From Oscillibacter sp. (GTDB taxonomy: Bacteria > Bacillota > Clostridia > Oscillospirales > Oscillospiraceae), in NCBI GenBank assembly GCA_020025475.1, contig JAHHSA010000005.1, forward strand, positions 4,933 to 68,932: a stretch of 64,000 bases of DNA, in the 5' to 3' direction. Below the pieces are notes generated by a model. That model had not been told where the DNA came from and searched no databases. It was given only the letters and a program-made list of their open reading frames with translations. Each line of letters opens with the position of its first letter. The stretch's first letter is position 1. This document shows, piece by piece, positions 1 to 10,272 of the stretch. The position numbers and the translations under genes are program-made.

Positions 1-1
1 T

Positions 2-388
2 CTGTGCTATGTGGCCGGCAAGTCTGACTGGATTGACCTCCATGCCGCCGAAGACGTGGATCTGAAGGCGGGCGAGTTTCGTCTGATCCCCCTGGGTGTG
101 GCCATTGCCTTACCAGAGGGATACGAGGCCCACATTGTGCCCCGCTCCTCTACCTTTAAAAACTACGGTATTTTGCAGACCAACTCCATGGGCGTGGTGG
201 ACTACACCTACCGGGGGGACAACGACCAGTGGCGGATGCCCGTACTGGCTACCCGGGACGTTCACATTGCCAAGAACGACCGGATCTGCCAGTTCCGGAT
301 TATGAAGAATCAGCCGGAACTGAACTTCGTCCGGGTGGAGCATATGGACGCCCCCGACCGCGGTGGCTTCGGCTCTACCGGAAAGTGA
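2..388 (+). CDS. dut: dUTP diphosphatase (5' end truncated by window edge)
   Basis: Trimeric dUTPase motifs [17 protein letters not shown] and C-terminal RGGFGSTG; frame is open back to the window start. Confidence 0.93.
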   Translation: MCYVAGKSDWIDLHAAEDVDLKAGEFRLIPLGVAIALPEGYEAHIVPRSSTFKNYGILQTNSMGVVDYTYRGDNDQWRMPVLATRDVHIAKNDRICQFRIMKNQPELNFVRVEHMDAPDRGGFGSTGK

Positions 389-396
389 GGCGGAGC

Positions 397-975
397 ATGG
401 CAAAGATTGTATTGGCCTCGGGGTCTCCCCGGCGGCAGGAGCTGCTCCAGCGCATCGGCATCACCGACTTTGACATCCGGGTACCGGACACGGATGAGCG
501 CTGCCCCGCAGGGCTGACTCCCGCCCAGACTGTAGAATACATCTCCCGGAAAAAGGCCGCGGCTGCCGCGGCTCTCTGCACTGATGACGAGATCGTCATT
601 ACCGCCGACACCATGGTGTTCCTGGACGACCAGCGTCTGGGCAAGCCCATCGACGAAACCGATGCTCTCCGAATGCTGTCCGCTCTGCAAGGACGGCACC
701 ACACGGTGTGCACCGGCGTGACTGTCCGTCAGGGAGAGCATATGCTCACCGAGAGCGAATCCACACAGGTCTATTTCCGCCCGGCGGCGGAGTCCGAGCT
801 GAAAGCCTACATCCGCACAGGCGAACCCATGGACAAGGCTGGCTCCTACGGCGTACAGGGCATGGGTGCCCTGCTGGTGGAGCGGCTGGACGGCGACTTT
901 TTCAATGTGATGGGGCTGCCCGTTCTGCGTCTGAGTCGGATGCTGAGCAAATTCGGCATTCCCTTCCTTGCCTAA
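397..975 (+). CDS. maf: Maf/YhdE-type nucleoside triphosphate pyrophosphatase
   Basis: LASGSPRR, ADTMV, LGKP and DKAGSYGVQG motifs; ATG at 397 after GAGGCGGAG. Confidence 0.93.
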   Translation: MAKIVLASGSPRRQELLQRIGITDFDIRVPDTDERCPAGLTPAQTVEYISRKKAAAAAALCTDDEIVITADTMVFLDDQRLGKPIDETDALRMLSALQGRHHTVCTGVTVRQGEHMLTESESTQVYFRPAAESELKAYIRTGEPMDKAGSYGVQGMGALLVERLDGDFFNVMGLPVLRLSRMLSKFGIPFLA

Positions 976-1002
976 GCAATTCTCACTTCAGGAGGCTCTG
1001 AT

Positions 1003-1845
1003 TTGAAAAATTTCCTGAGAAATCACGGATTATGGGTCCTGGCAGCCGCGGCAATCATCTCCGTGGCTATGGCAGCCATGTCCGTTTTCAGCAGCACATC
1101 CGCCCCTCTTTCCAATCTGGCCAATATTCTGGCCTCTCCCTTCCGCTCTGCCTACACTTCCGTGGCCACCTGGTTCAATGAGAAGCAGGCCTATTTTGCG
1201 GATGTCCAGGCGATGGAGGAGGAAATCACCCAGCTCAAACGCAAAATCGCCCAAATGGAGGCAGATGTGCGCCAGGGCAAGCTGGATAGTGAAGAAAACG
1301 CCCGACTTCGCAACCTCAATGAGCTGCGCCAGCAGCGCCGGGATCTCAGCGATTTTGAGTCCGCCTACATTACGGAGCACTCCGTCACCAACTGGGAATC
1401 CTCTCTGACCCTGAACAAAGGCACCGCCCAGGGCATTGCACAGGGCAACTGTGTGGTGGACGACCAGGGCGCCCTGGTGGGTGTTGTTCGGGAAGTGGGC
1501 TGGAACTGGTGCCGGGTCATGACCATTGTAGACACCGACATTTCTCTGGGTGCCCGGGTATTCCGCACCCAGGATTTGGGCCTGGCCGAGGGCAATTTCT
1601 CCCTCATGGGCAATAACCGGCTGCGGCTGGACTTCCTCCCGGTGGGCTGTCAGCTCATGGGCGGAGACCTGGTGCTGACCTCGGGTCTGGGCGGCTTCTA
1701 TCCCCAGGATCTGGTGATCGGCTCCGTTGAGGAAATCAAGGTAGACGACTCCGGTGCGGCCCTCTATGCTGTGCTGGCTCCTGCCGTAGATCTGAGCGAG
1801 CTGACGGAGGTCTTTGTCATCAAGTCCTTTGACATTGTGACGTAA
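1003..1845 (+). CDS. mreC: Rod shape-determining protein MreC
   Basis: N-terminal TM, coiled coil (EENARLR), LNKG..GI, LVGVV, TSGLGGFYP motifs; TTG start after AGGAGG. Confidence 0.92.
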   Translation: MKNFLRNHGLWVLAAAAIISVAMAAMSVFSSTSAPLSNLANILASPFRSAYTSVATWFNEKQAYFADVQAMEEEITQLKRKIAQMEADVRQGKLDSEENARLRNLNELRQQRRDLSDFESAYITEHSVTNWESSLTLNKGTAQGIAQGNCVVDDQGALVGVVREVGWNWCRVMTIVDTDISLGARVFRTQDLGLAEGNFSLMGNNRLRLDFLPVGCQLMGGDLVLTSGLGGFYPQDLVIGSVEEIKVDDSGAALYAVLAPAVDLSELTEVFVIKSFDIVT

Positions 1846-1856
1846 CGGGGGCTGCT

Positions 1857-2369
1857 ATGTTAGCTAGAAACGAAACGATTTTTAAATGGGCACTGTATGC
1901 TGCCGCTACGCTGTTGTGCCTGATTGTGCAGAGTATCCTGCTTCAGCGGGTTACCCTCTGGGGCGTGCTGCCCTTTATCTATCCTCTGTTGGCGGCCATT
2001 CCCGCCACCTATGAAGCGCCGGTGCCCGGGACCATCTTCGCCCTGTGTGTGGGCGTGGTGTGTGACTCCCTGCTGCCCGGTCCCATTCCCTGCTTCTATA
2101 CTCTGATTTTTCCGCTGGTGGGCCTTGCCTCGTCTCTCCTCTCCAGGAGCTTGCTGCCCGCCGGCTTTCTCTGCTCTCTGGCCGCCGCGGCCACTGCGTT
2201 TATCCTGGTGGATCTCTTTCACTGCCTGCTCCTGTGGGCTCTGGCAAAGCCGGCCTGGAGCACCGGTCTAAGCCTGATGCTGCGGGAACTGGCAGTGTCC
2301 CTGCCTTTGGTCTTTCCGGTCACGCTGCTCTACCGCGCGGTGTACCTCCGGGTCCATCTGGATGACTAA
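1857..2369 (+). CDS. mreD: MreD-like polytopic membrane protein
   Basis: 170 aa, very hydrophobic, located between mreC and a class B PBP. Confidence 0.75.
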   Translation: MLARNETIFKWALYAAATLLCLIVQSILLQRVTLWGVLPFIYPLLAAIPATYEAPVPGTIFALCVGVVCDSLLPGPIPCFYTLIFPLVGLASSLLSRSLLPAGFLCSLAAAATAFILVDLFHCLLLWALAKPAWSTGLSLMLRELAVSLPLVFPVTLLYRAVYLRVHLDD

Positions 2370-2380
2370 GGAGGAACTAT

Positions 2381-4612
2381 ATGGATCATAATGATAATTC
2401 CCCCCGCCGTCTCATGGTGCTGGGTGGTCTGGTACTGGCTGTGCTGCTGATCTACACCGGCATTTTGTTTAATACCCAGATCAATGACCACGACTACTAT
2501 CTCTCTCAATCCATTCGCTCCATCGCCCGCAAGGAGACTGTTGTAGCCTCCCGCGGCATCATCACCGACCGAAGCGGCCGGCCGATGGTGTCCAACCGCT
2601 CTGCCTACGCACTTACTTTTGACACTACCCTGCTCCGCAGTGGAGATGATGAAAATACGGCCATTTTGCGGCTGGTACAGCTGTGCCAGGCCCAGAATGT
2701 CCCATGGGTGGATACGCTGCCCATCACCCATTCACTACCCTTTGCCTACACGCTGGATGAGGCTCCCGCCTCTCAGAAAAAGAGCTTTCTCACTTATTTA
2801 AAATCTCTGTCCCCTGCAAAAGAAGCTCTGGGGGCCTACCTTCTGGAACATCCGGAGGCCGTGGGTCATGATGTACTGGCCGCCTATCAGGAAGAACATC
2901 CCGATGCAAACGATGATGTTCTCACCAACTTTCTGGAAAACGGGCTGCCCCAAAAAAGCGATCCCTCCCTCTCCAAGCAGATTGGTAAGAAACTTGTCAA
3001 CCTCCTGGACGCTGATCACCTCACCTCCGATCTGCTGGTGAAGGCCGACATTTCCTCTCCCACTCTCCTGGGCTGGATGCAGGAAAAATTTGAGCTTTCC
3101 ACGGACTTTTCTCTGGAGGAAACACGTCTGATTCTGGGTGTGCGCTATGAGCTGTATTGGCGACGTCTGGACAAGTACTCCGCCTCCTACGTCATGGCTG
3201 AGGACATCAGCACGCCATTTATTACCATGCTCAGCGACGGCTCTTATGCCGGCGCGCGGATTATCCGCTCTTATGTCCGTGAGTACGAAACCACTGCTGC
3301 CGCCCACATTCTGGGCACCGTAGGCGCTTTGACGGCCGACGACCTGAAGGACTCCCGGTACGACGGGTATCCCATGAATGCCATTATCGGTCAAAGCGGC
3401 GTCGAATACGCCTTTGAGCCTTATTTGCAGGGCAAAAACGGTACCCGTGTGGTCTCCACCAACCCGGAGGGCAAAGTCACCGGCGAGTATTATTCCAAGG
3501 CCCCCCAGCCCGGCAACACGGTGGAACTAACCATTGATCTGCCCTTCCAGCAGAAAGTGGAGGACGCATTGGCAAACACCATCTCCGCCATCAACGCCAA
3601 GGACCACCTGGGTGCCACCGGCGGTGCTGCCGTGGTGAAGGTGGGCACCGGGGAGATTCTGGCCCTGGCTTCCTATCCCAGCTATGATCCCTCCCGCTAT
3701 CGGCAGGATTACAATCTGCTCAAAGACAACCCCCTGAACCCTCTGGTGAACCGAGCCACCAACGGCCGCTATCCCCCGGGCTCCACCCTCAAGCCCCTGA
3801 TTTCCATTGCAGCCCTGGAAGAGGGCATCATTACTCCGAACAAAAAAATTGACAGTCCCCGGACCTGGTATTATCCCGGCACCCGTGATCACGTCAACTG
3901 CTGGTACACTGGCGGCAGTCACGGAAAAATTAACGTGGCGGAGGCCATTACCGTCTCCTGCAACTACTTCTTTGCGGAGATGGGCTATCAGCTGGGCATG
4001 AACCGCATCCGGCAATATATGAGCGAATTCGGCTTCGGTGCCTCCACCGGTATCGAAATCGGTGACTACGCCGGTCAGCTTCCGGAGAACTCTCCGGGCA
4101 AAAACTTTGCCCCCTGGGCTGCCATTGGTCAGGCCAACATGAGCGTGACGCCGCTGCAGCTGGCAAACTACACCGCCACCCTGGCCTCCGGCGGCCAGCA
4201 CAACGAGACCCACCTCCTTAAAGCCGTCAAAACCTATGATAACAGCGCAGTGGTGGCGCTGGGCAATACGACCCCGGTCAGCACGGTTTCCATCTCGCCG
4301 TCCAGCCTGGAAGCCGTGAAAAAGGGCATGAATAACCTGACCCACGGCTCTCTGGCTCCCTACTTCAAAAACTGTATTGTGGAAGCGGGAGCCAAAACCG
4401 GTACTGCCCAGCTGGGCGGCGGCAAGAAAAACAACGGCGTTTTCATCTGCTTTGCGCCCTATGACAACCCTGAAATTGCTGTGGCCGTTGCCATTGAAAA
4501 AGGCGGTGCAGGTGCTGCCCTTGCCTCTACCGCAGTTAATATTCTCAACGCCTATTTCTCCGCCAACGACAGCGCATCTGTCATCACCGGTGAACAGCAG
4601 TTATTGCCGTAA
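2381..4612 (+). CDS. mrdA: Class B penicillin-binding protein (PBP2/MrdA-like)
   Basis: ASRGIITDR dimerisation domain; transpeptidase motifs STLK (SxxK), SCN (SxN), KTGT. Confidence 0.88.
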   Translation: MDHNDNSPRRLMVLGGLVLAVLLIYTGILFNTQINDHDYYLSQSIRSIARKETVVASRGIITDRSGRPMVSNRSAYALTFDTTLLRSGDDENTAILRLVQLCQAQNVPWVDTLPITHSLPFAYTLDEAPASQKKSFLTYLKSLSPAKEALGAYLLEHPEAVGHDVLAAYQEEHPDANDDVLTNFLENGLPQKSDPSLSKQIGKKLVNLLDADHLTSDLLVKADISSPTLLGWMQEKFELSTDFSLEETRLILGVRYELYWRRLDKYSASYVMAEDISTPFITMLSDGSYAGARIIRSYVREYETTAAAHILGTVGALTADDLKDSRYDGYPMNAIIGQSGVEYAFEPYLQGKNGTRVVSTNPEGKVTGEYYSKAPQPGNTVELTIDLPFQQKVEDALANTISAINAKDHLGATGGAAVVKVGTGEILALASYPSYDPSRYRQDYNLLKDNPLNPLVNRATNGRYPPGSTLKPLISIAALEEGIITPNKKIDSPRTWYYPGTRDHVNCWYTGGSHGKINVAEAITVSCNYFFAEMGYQLGMNRIRQYMSEFGFGASTGIEIGDYAGQLPENSPGKNFAPWAAIGQANMSVTPLQLANYTATLASGGQHNETHLLKAVKTYDNSAVVALGNTTPVSTVSISPSSLEAVKKGMNNLTHGSLAPYFKNCIVEAGAKTGTAQLGGGKKNNGVFICFAPYDNPEIAVAVAIEKGGAGAALASTAVNILNAYFSANDSASVITGEQQLLP

Positions 4613-4632
4613 TCAACAAGGAGCGATTCCTC

Positions 4633-6498
4633 ATGAGCGAACCTTTTGTCTTTGATCCAAGGTGCAGTCTCTGTAAAGAGCCTTACGGTGCTGTGCCCTG
4701 CGGTCAGACCGTCACTCTGCATTGCCGCCCCATGGCCTGCGAAGCATTTACCCATTGTGCCGTGGTCCTGCAATACGAGTTTTCCAATACCACCCGGGAG
4801 CTGGAGCTCTCCTGCAGCGGGCCTGAGTGGGACCGTATTTGTTATACGCTGCAATTTGATGTTCCGGAAGCCCCGGACCTGCTCTGGTATTATTTCCGCC
4901 TTTGGCGGGACGATGGATCGGGCTGCTTTCTGGATAAGACCGGTTACCGCAGCACCCCCGTCACCGAAGCATGGCAGATTACGGTCTACCGTCCCTCTCA
5001 CACCCCGGAGTGGTTCGGCCGCGGCGTCACCTATCAGATCTTTCCGGACCGCTTCTGCCGGACGGAGATTCCGGACCCCACAGGTCTGCCCGGTAACCGC
5101 TGGGTGCATGAGGACTGGTCGGAAACCCCCGCATGGGCACCGGAGAGCGACGGTGAAATTTACAACCGTGATTTCTTCGGCGGCTCTCTCCAGGGCATTG
5201 TCTCCAAGCTGGAGCAGCTCCGGGACATGGGGGTCTCCACCCTGTACCTCTGTCCCATTTTTGAATCTGCGTCCAACCATCGCTACAACACCGGCAACTA
5301 TAAGAAAATTGACCCCTTTCTGGGGACAGAGGAGGATTTTAAGAACCTCTGCGCCAAAGCCCGGGAAAAAGGGATTCGGATCATCCTGGACGGTGTGTTC
5401 AACCACACCGGTTCCCAGAGTCTCTACTTCAACGCCGATGGCTATTATCCCACTTTGGGCGCTGCTCAAAGCCAGGATAGCCCCTATTATGACTGGTTTA
5501 ACTTCCAGAACTGGCCGACGAAATATGATTCCTGGTGGGGCATTACCACCCTGCCAGCCGTCCGGGAAGAAAGCCAGAGTTATGTAAACTACATCATTGA
5601 CGATTACGACTCCATTATCCGCCGCTGGCTGCGCCTGGGCGCCTCCGGGTGGCGGTTGGATGTGGCTGACGAGCTGCCGGACTGGTTTATTGAAAAGATT
5701 CGCTCCGCCATGGATGCCACTACCTCCGACGCCTTCCTGCTGGGCGAGGTGTGGGAGGATGCCAGCACCAAGGTGGCCTATTCCAAACGCCGCCAGTATT
5801 TGCTGGGAACTGAGCTCCACAGCGTAATGAACTATCCCTTCCGTACGGCTCTGCTGGACTACCTGAAGGGCGGCGACGCCAACGATTTCCGGGAAGTGAT
5901 GGAGACATTGCGGGAGAACTACCCCCACGATGCCTTTTACTCCGCCATGAACTTCCTGGGCACTCACGATACTGCCCGCATCCTGACCGTACTGGGCGCT
6001 CATGAGATGCCGTCCACCAAGCAGGAGCGAGCTGCCTTCCGTCTCTCTCCTCAGGAACGCGCCCGGGGGATTTCCCTGGTAAAACTGGCAGCCTTGATTC
6101 TCTTTACCTTTCCTGGCTCCCCCACTGTCTACTACGGTGACGAGGCCGGCATGGAGGGCTGGGAAGACCCGCTGAACCGAGCCTGCTATCCCTGGGGGCA
6201 GGAGGACGAGGAGCTGCAAGCTCGTTTCATTCGTCTGGGCCGTCTGCGTCAGACCTATGAGCCGCTGCAGCAAGGCGACATTGTCTGGCTCTACACGCTG
6301 GGTCCTGTGATGGCCTATTCCCGGGAGTGGCGGCGAAACCGGCTGGTCACAGTGGTCAATGCCTCTGACTCTGTGCAGCCCATTACCCTTCCCTATCCCA
6401 CCCATTTAACAGATCTGCTTACCGGTCAGACCTACTTCCCACAGGAGGGCCATTTGTCTCTGGAGCTGCCGCCCCGTACTGGCCTGCTGCTTCACTAG
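4633..6498 (+). CDS. GH13 glycoside hydrolase (neopullulanase/cyclomaltodextrinase-like)
   Basis: YQIFPDRF, DGVFNH, catalytic motifs GWRLDVADE, GEVWED, THDT, plus YYGDE. Confidence 0.9.
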   Translation: MSEPFVFDPRCSLCKEPYGAVPCGQTVTLHCRPMACEAFTHCAVVLQYEFSNTTRELELSCSGPEWDRICYTLQFDVPEAPDLLWYYFRLWRDDGSGCFLDKTGYRSTPVTEAWQITVYRPSHTPEWFGRGVTYQIFPDRFCRTEIPDPTGLPGNRWVHEDWSETPAWAPESDGEIYNRDFFGGSLQGIVSKLEQLRDMGVSTLYLCPIFESASNHRYNTGNYKKIDPFLGTEEDFKNLCAKAREKGIRIILDGVFNHTGSQSLYFNADGYYPTLGAAQSQDSPYYDWFNFQNWPTKYDSWWGITTLPAVREESQSYVNYIIDDYDSIIRRWLRLGASGWRLDVADELPDWFIEKIRSAMDATTSDAFLLGEVWEDASTKVAYSKRRQYLLGTELHSVMNYPFRTALLDYLKGGDANDFREVMETLRENYPHDAFYSAMNFLGTHDTARILTVLGAHEMPSTKQERAAFRLSPQERARGISLVKLAALILFTFPGSPTVYYGDEAGMEGWEDPLNRACYPWGQEDEELQARFIRLGRLRQTYEPLQQGDIVWLYTLGPVMAYSREWRRNRLVTVVNASDSVQPITLPYPTHLTDLLTGQTYFPQEGHLSLELPPRTGLLLH

Positions 6499-6522
6499 AG
6501 GTCCTGAAAAACAAGCTAAGAC

Positions 6523-6538
6523 TGTTTCACGTGAAACA
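6523..6538. promoter_or_regulatory. parS site 1, inside a 44-bp perfect palindrome (6509-6552)
   Basis: TGTTTCACGTGAAACA, a perfect match to the parS consensus, upstream of parA. Confidence 0.95.
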
Positions 6539-6607
6539 GTCTTAGCTTGTTTCGCGTTTTCCCTGTCTGTTTTTAGGAAGTTTCATGTATGTTTTTCTGG
6601 TTTTTCC

Positions 6608-6636
6608 TTGAAACTATATAGTGTGCTTGTTATAAT
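6608..6636 (+). promoter_or_regulatory. sigma-A promoter of parAB
   Basis: TTGAAA-17 nt-TATAAT with a TG extended -10. Confidence 0.75.
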
Positions 6637-6703
6637 AGTATTCGGTCACAACTCTATTAAAAATTGCCTTGTGGCAGACTGATTTCGGAAAGTAGGTGCC
6701 TTT

Positions 6704-7462
6704 GTGGCAAAAACCATTGCGATTGTAAATCAAAAAGGCGGCGTCGGGAAAACAACTACATGTGTAAACTTGGCAGCCACTCTTGTAGAAAAGGGACAGC
6801 GCGTACTGCTGTGCGACTTTGACCCCCAGGCCAACTCAACCTCTGGAATGGGTGTGGATAAAACCCTGTCCAAGGGCATTTACAATGTGATGATCGGTGA
6901 AGTCGCAACCCGTGAGGCCCTGGTGCACACCAAGTACGGCGATGTGCTGCCCTCCAACAAGGCGCTGGCTGGTGCCGGTATTGAGCTGATCGGTATGGAA
7001 AACCGGGAGTTTCTGCTGAAAAATGCGCTGGCCCAGGTGGCAGACGACTATGATTTTCTGTTCATTGACTGCCCTCCCTCCCTGGAACTGCTGACACTGA
7101 ACGCACTCTGCGCCGCAGACTCGATTATGGTCCCAGTCCAGGGTGAGTATTTTGCGCTGGAAGGCCTCAGTGATCTGATGAACACAGTCCGCATTGTCCG
7201 CAGGTCCCTGAACCCCCGGTTGGAGCTGGAGGGCGTTCTGCTGACCATGTTTGATGGCCGCACAAATCTGGCGCTCCAGGTGGCAGAGGAAGTGAAACAC
7301 TACTTCCCTGGAAAAGTCTATGCTACTGTGATTCCCCGCAATGTGCGTCTTTCCGAGGCTCCCAGCCACGGAAAACCTATCACCGCCTATGACCGTGCCT
7401 GCCGCGGCTCGGAGGCCTATGCCGCACTTGCAGCGGAATTTCTGAAAAATCAGTCCGCCTGA
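6704..7462 (+). CDS. parA: Chromosome partitioning ATPase ParA/Soj
   Basis: NQKGGVGKTT deviant Walker A, DFDPQAN, IDCPPSL, IPRNVRLSEAPSHG. Confidence 0.96.
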   Translation: MAKTIAIVNQKGGVGKTTTCVNLAATLVEKGQRVLLCDFDPQANSTSGMGVDKTLSKGIYNVMIGEVATREALVHTKYGDVLPSNKALAGAGIELIGMENREFLLKNALAQVADDYDFLFIDCPPSLELLTLNALCAADSIMVPVQGEYFALEGLSDLMNTVRIVRRSLNPRLELEGVLLTMFDGRTNLALQVAEEVKHYFPGKVYATVIPRNVRLSEAPSHGKPITAYDRACRGSEAYAALAAEFLKNQSA

Positions 7463-7486
7463 CCATTCTGAAAGGAGCTCACCATC

Positions 7487-8374
7487 ATGGCATCCAAAAA
7501 ACCGTCCGGACTGGGCCGGGGTCTTGGCGCCCTGCTGGGCGACGACGTCTTAAATACGGAAACCACCGGCAGCCTCTCCCTCCCAATCTCTCAGGTGGAA
7601 AACTGCCCCTCACAGCCCCGGAAGTCCTTTGACGAGGTATCCCTGGCAGAACTGGCCGATTCCATCCGGGAACACGGCATCATTCAGCCGCTGACTGTTC
7701 GGAAGCTCTCCTCCGGCTATTATCAGATTATTGCCGGTGAACGCCGCTGGAGAGCCGCCCGCATGGCCGGACTTCAGGAAGTTCCCGTGGTGGTCATTGA
7801 AGCAGACGACAGGAAAGCTGCCGAGCTGGCGATGATCGAAAATTTGCAGCGGGAAGATCTGAATCCAATTGAAGAGGCGTCAGGCTTCCAGTCCCTGATT
7901 GACAACTACCATTATACGCAGGAAGAAGCCGCCAGCCGTGTAGGCAAGTCCCGCAGCGCTGTGGCAAATGCCCTGCGTTTGCTGTCTCTGACTCCCTCCG
8001 TGCGGGACATGGTGGTGGATGGCCGACTGTCCGCCGGTCATGCCCGTGCACTGCTTCCCCTCTCTCCCGCCCTGCAGGAGAGCACCGCCGAGGCCATTCT
8101 CTCCGGAGGTCTGTCTGTCAGACAGACGGAGGCACTGGTCAAGCGCCTGTCCACGGAAAAGGTGGAAAAAGAAGAGACTGCGCCCATCGAACCCGACTAC
8201 ACCGCAGAGGCACAGAGGGACCTCTCCTCCCGGCTGGGCCGGGGTGTTAAAATTGTAAATGGGCGTAAAAAAGGCCGCATTGAATTGGAATACTACGGCC
8301 TGGATGATCTCAACGATCTCCTGGAGGCACTTTCTCTCCTCCGGGCCCGCGATCACGAGAAAGGAATTGAATGA
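7487..8374 (+). CDS. parB: ParB/Spo0J partition protein
   Basis: GLGRGLGALL N-terminus, QPRK, IIAGERRWRAA, IENLQREDL, HTH with GKSRSAVAN. Confidence 0.96.
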   Translation: MASKKPSGLGRGLGALLGDDVLNTETTGSLSLPISQVENCPSQPRKSFDEVSLAELADSIREHGIIQPLTVRKLSSGYYQIIAGERRWRAARMAGLQEVPVVVIEADDRKAAELAMIENLQREDLNPIEEASGFQSLIDNYHYTQEEAASRVGKSRSAVANALRLLSLTPSVRDMVVDGRLSAGHARALLPLSPALQESTAEAILSGGLSVRQTEALVKRLSTEKVEKEETAPIEPDYTAEAQRDLSSRLGRGVKIVNGRKKGRIELEYYGLDDLNDLLEALSLLRARDHEKGIE

Positions 8375-8904
8375 TGAATATTGAAAAACGGGGGGACGGT
8401 ACCCACGAGAATCAAAGTGCCACCCCGGAAACTCCCACTACCCACAGCAAAAAGCCAGTAATTATTTATATTATGATCCTCTTTATTGTGGCGTTTTTGC
8501 TGATGGCGCTGTCCTTTGTGATGCACCAGCGCAGTAACACGGAGGCACTTGGACAACTGCAAAACTCCGTCAACGCCATGCAGGCCGTGCAGGCCACCCA
8601 GGAAAAGGTGATCGCCCTGCAGGACAAGCTCTCTAACTCGGAAGATGAAATGGACAAGCTGAACGAGGAGCTCACAGCCGCCCGCCAGGCGCTGGAAACT
8701 CAGCAGCATACCCTGGATGCCCTGCTGAATCTCTATGTGCTTCAGCAGCAGTACACCAACGGTCACTATGCCGCCTGCAAGGAAACCATCTCCAAGATGG
8801 AAGAAGCCAAGCAGGCAGAGCTGCTGCCCAAGGATGCCATTCACGATGAAACCGCCCCCGCTGAACGCTATGAACAGCTGAAAGAGGCTGTTTCTGCCAA
8901 ATAA
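8371..8904 (+). CDS. Hypothetical single-TM coiled-coil protein
   Basis: Overlaps the parB stop; one hydrophobic helix followed by a heptad-rich region. Confidence 0.8.
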   Translation: MMNIEKRGDGTHENQSATPETPTTHSKKPVIIYIMILFIVAFLLMALSFVMHQRSNTEALGQLQNSVNAMQAVQATQEKVIALQDKLSNSEDEMDKLNEELTAARQALETQQHTLDALLNLYVLQQQYTNGHYAACKETISKMEEAKQAELLPKDAIHDETAPAERYEQLKEAVSAK

Positions 8905-8911
8905 AAATTGT

Positions 8912-8927
8912 TGTTTCACGTGAAACA
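8912..8927. promoter_or_regulatory. parS site 2
   Basis: TGTTTCACGTGAAACA, perfect palindrome. Confidence 0.95.
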
Positions 8928-8964
8928 ACTTAAAATACGAAAGTTTAATATGAGGTGAACTCCA

Positions 8965-10272
8965 ATGCTGGATATCAAGTTTATTCGCGAGAATCCCGAA
9001 GCAGTGAAGGAAAATATTAAGAAAAAGTTTCAGGATGCCAAGCTTCCCTTGGTGGACGAGGTCATCGAGCTGGATAAGCAGCTGCGCAACACCATTCAGG
9101 AAGCCCAGGAGCTGCGAACCGCCCGCAACACGCTTTCCAAGCAGGTTGGCAAGCTGATGGGCATGGCCAAGAAAGATCCTTCCAAGCTGGAAGAGGCCGA
9201 AGCCGTGAAGAAGCAGGTCAAGGAGGACGCTGATCGCCTGGCCGCTCTGGAGGCTGATGAGACTCGTCTGGAAGGCGAGCTCCACACCCGGATGCTGCAA
9301 ATTCCCCAGATCATTGATGAGTCCGTGCCTCTGGGCCCCGATGACTCTGCCAACGTGGAAGTGGAGCGCTTCGGCGAGCCCGTGGTGCCTGACTTCCCCA
9401 TTCCCTACCACACCGAGATCATGGAGAGCTTCAACGGCATTGACATGGACGCCGCCGGCCGCGTCTCCGGTAACGGCTTCTACTATCTGCTGGGCGACAT
9501 TGCCCGTCTGCACGAGGCAGTCTTGGCCTATGGTCGTGACTTCATGATCAGCAAGGGCTTCACTTACTGCATCCCTCCCTTCATGATTCACGGCAACGTG
9601 GTGGAGGGTGTTATGAGCCAGACCGACATGGACTCCATGATGTATAAGATTGAGGGTGAGGATCTGTACCTGATCGGTACCTCTGAGCATTCCATGATCG
9701 GCCGCTTCATCGACCAGATTCTGCCCGCTGAGAGCCTGCCCCAGACCCTGACCTCCTACTCCCCCTGCTTCCGTAAGGAAAAGGGTGCCCACGGCATTGA
9801 GGAACGCGGCATCTATCGTATTCACCAGTTTGAAAAGCAGGAGATGATCGTCGTCTGCAAGCCTGAGGAATCCAAGGATTGGTACGAGAAGCTGTGGAAG
9901 TACTCCGTAGAGCTGTTCCGCAGCATGGACATTCCCGTCCGTCAGCTGGAGTGCTGCTCCGGTGACCTGGCTGACCTGAAAGTTAAGTCCTGCGATATTG
10001 AGGCCTGGAGCCCCCGTCAGCAGAAGTACTTTGAGGTCTGCTCCTGCTCTAACCTGGGTGATGCGCAGGCCCGCCGTCTGCACATTCGCTATAAAGATGA
10101 AAACGGCAAGACTCAGCTGTGCCACACGCTGAACAACACCTGCGTGGCTCCTCCCCGCATGCTGATCGCCTTCCTGGAGAACAACCTGCAGGCCGATGGC
10201 ACCGTGAAGATTCCCGAGGTGCTGTGGCCCTATATGGGCGGCACCAAGGTCCTGATTCCCAAGGCGAAATAA
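8965..10272 (+). CDS. serS: Serine--tRNA ligase
   Basis: MLDIKFIREN start, LIGTSE, CFRKE, RIHQFEKQE, EVCSCSN, HTLNNT. Confidence 0.97.
   Translation: MLDIKFIRENPEAVKENIKKKFQDAKLPLVDEVIELDKQLRNTIQEAQELRTARNTLSKQVGKLMGMAKKDPSKLEEAEAVKKQVKEDADRLAALEADETRLEGELHTRMLQIPQIIDESVPLGPDDSANVEVERFGEPVVPDFPIPYHTEIMESFNGIDMDAAGRVSGNGFYYLLGDIARLHEAVLAYGRDFMISKGFTYCIPPFMIHGNVVEGVMSQTDMDSMMYKIEGEDLYLIGTSEHSMIGRFIDQILPAESLPQTLTSYSPCFRKEKGAHGIEERGIYRIHQFEKQEMIVVCKPEESKDWYEKLWKYSVELFRSMDIPVRQLECCSGDLADLKVKSCDIEAWSPRQQKYFEVCSCSNLGDAQARRLHIRYKDENGKTQLCHTLNNTCVAPPRMLIAFLENNLQADGTVKIPEVLWPYMGGTKVLIPKAK

Noticed and set aside
4552..6405. Long antisense ORFs (e.g. 4552-6405, 8353-10125, 14712-16613, 23297-25024, 25555-27036, 37600-39063)
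   Set aside because: They are shadows of well-supported genes on the opposite strand, expected with GC-rich codon bias; no recognisable motifs or RBS
6853..6861. Perfect TGTGGATAA DnaA boxes inside parA and gyrB (35771)
   Set aside because: Isolated, and explained by Val-Asp-Lys/Asn codons
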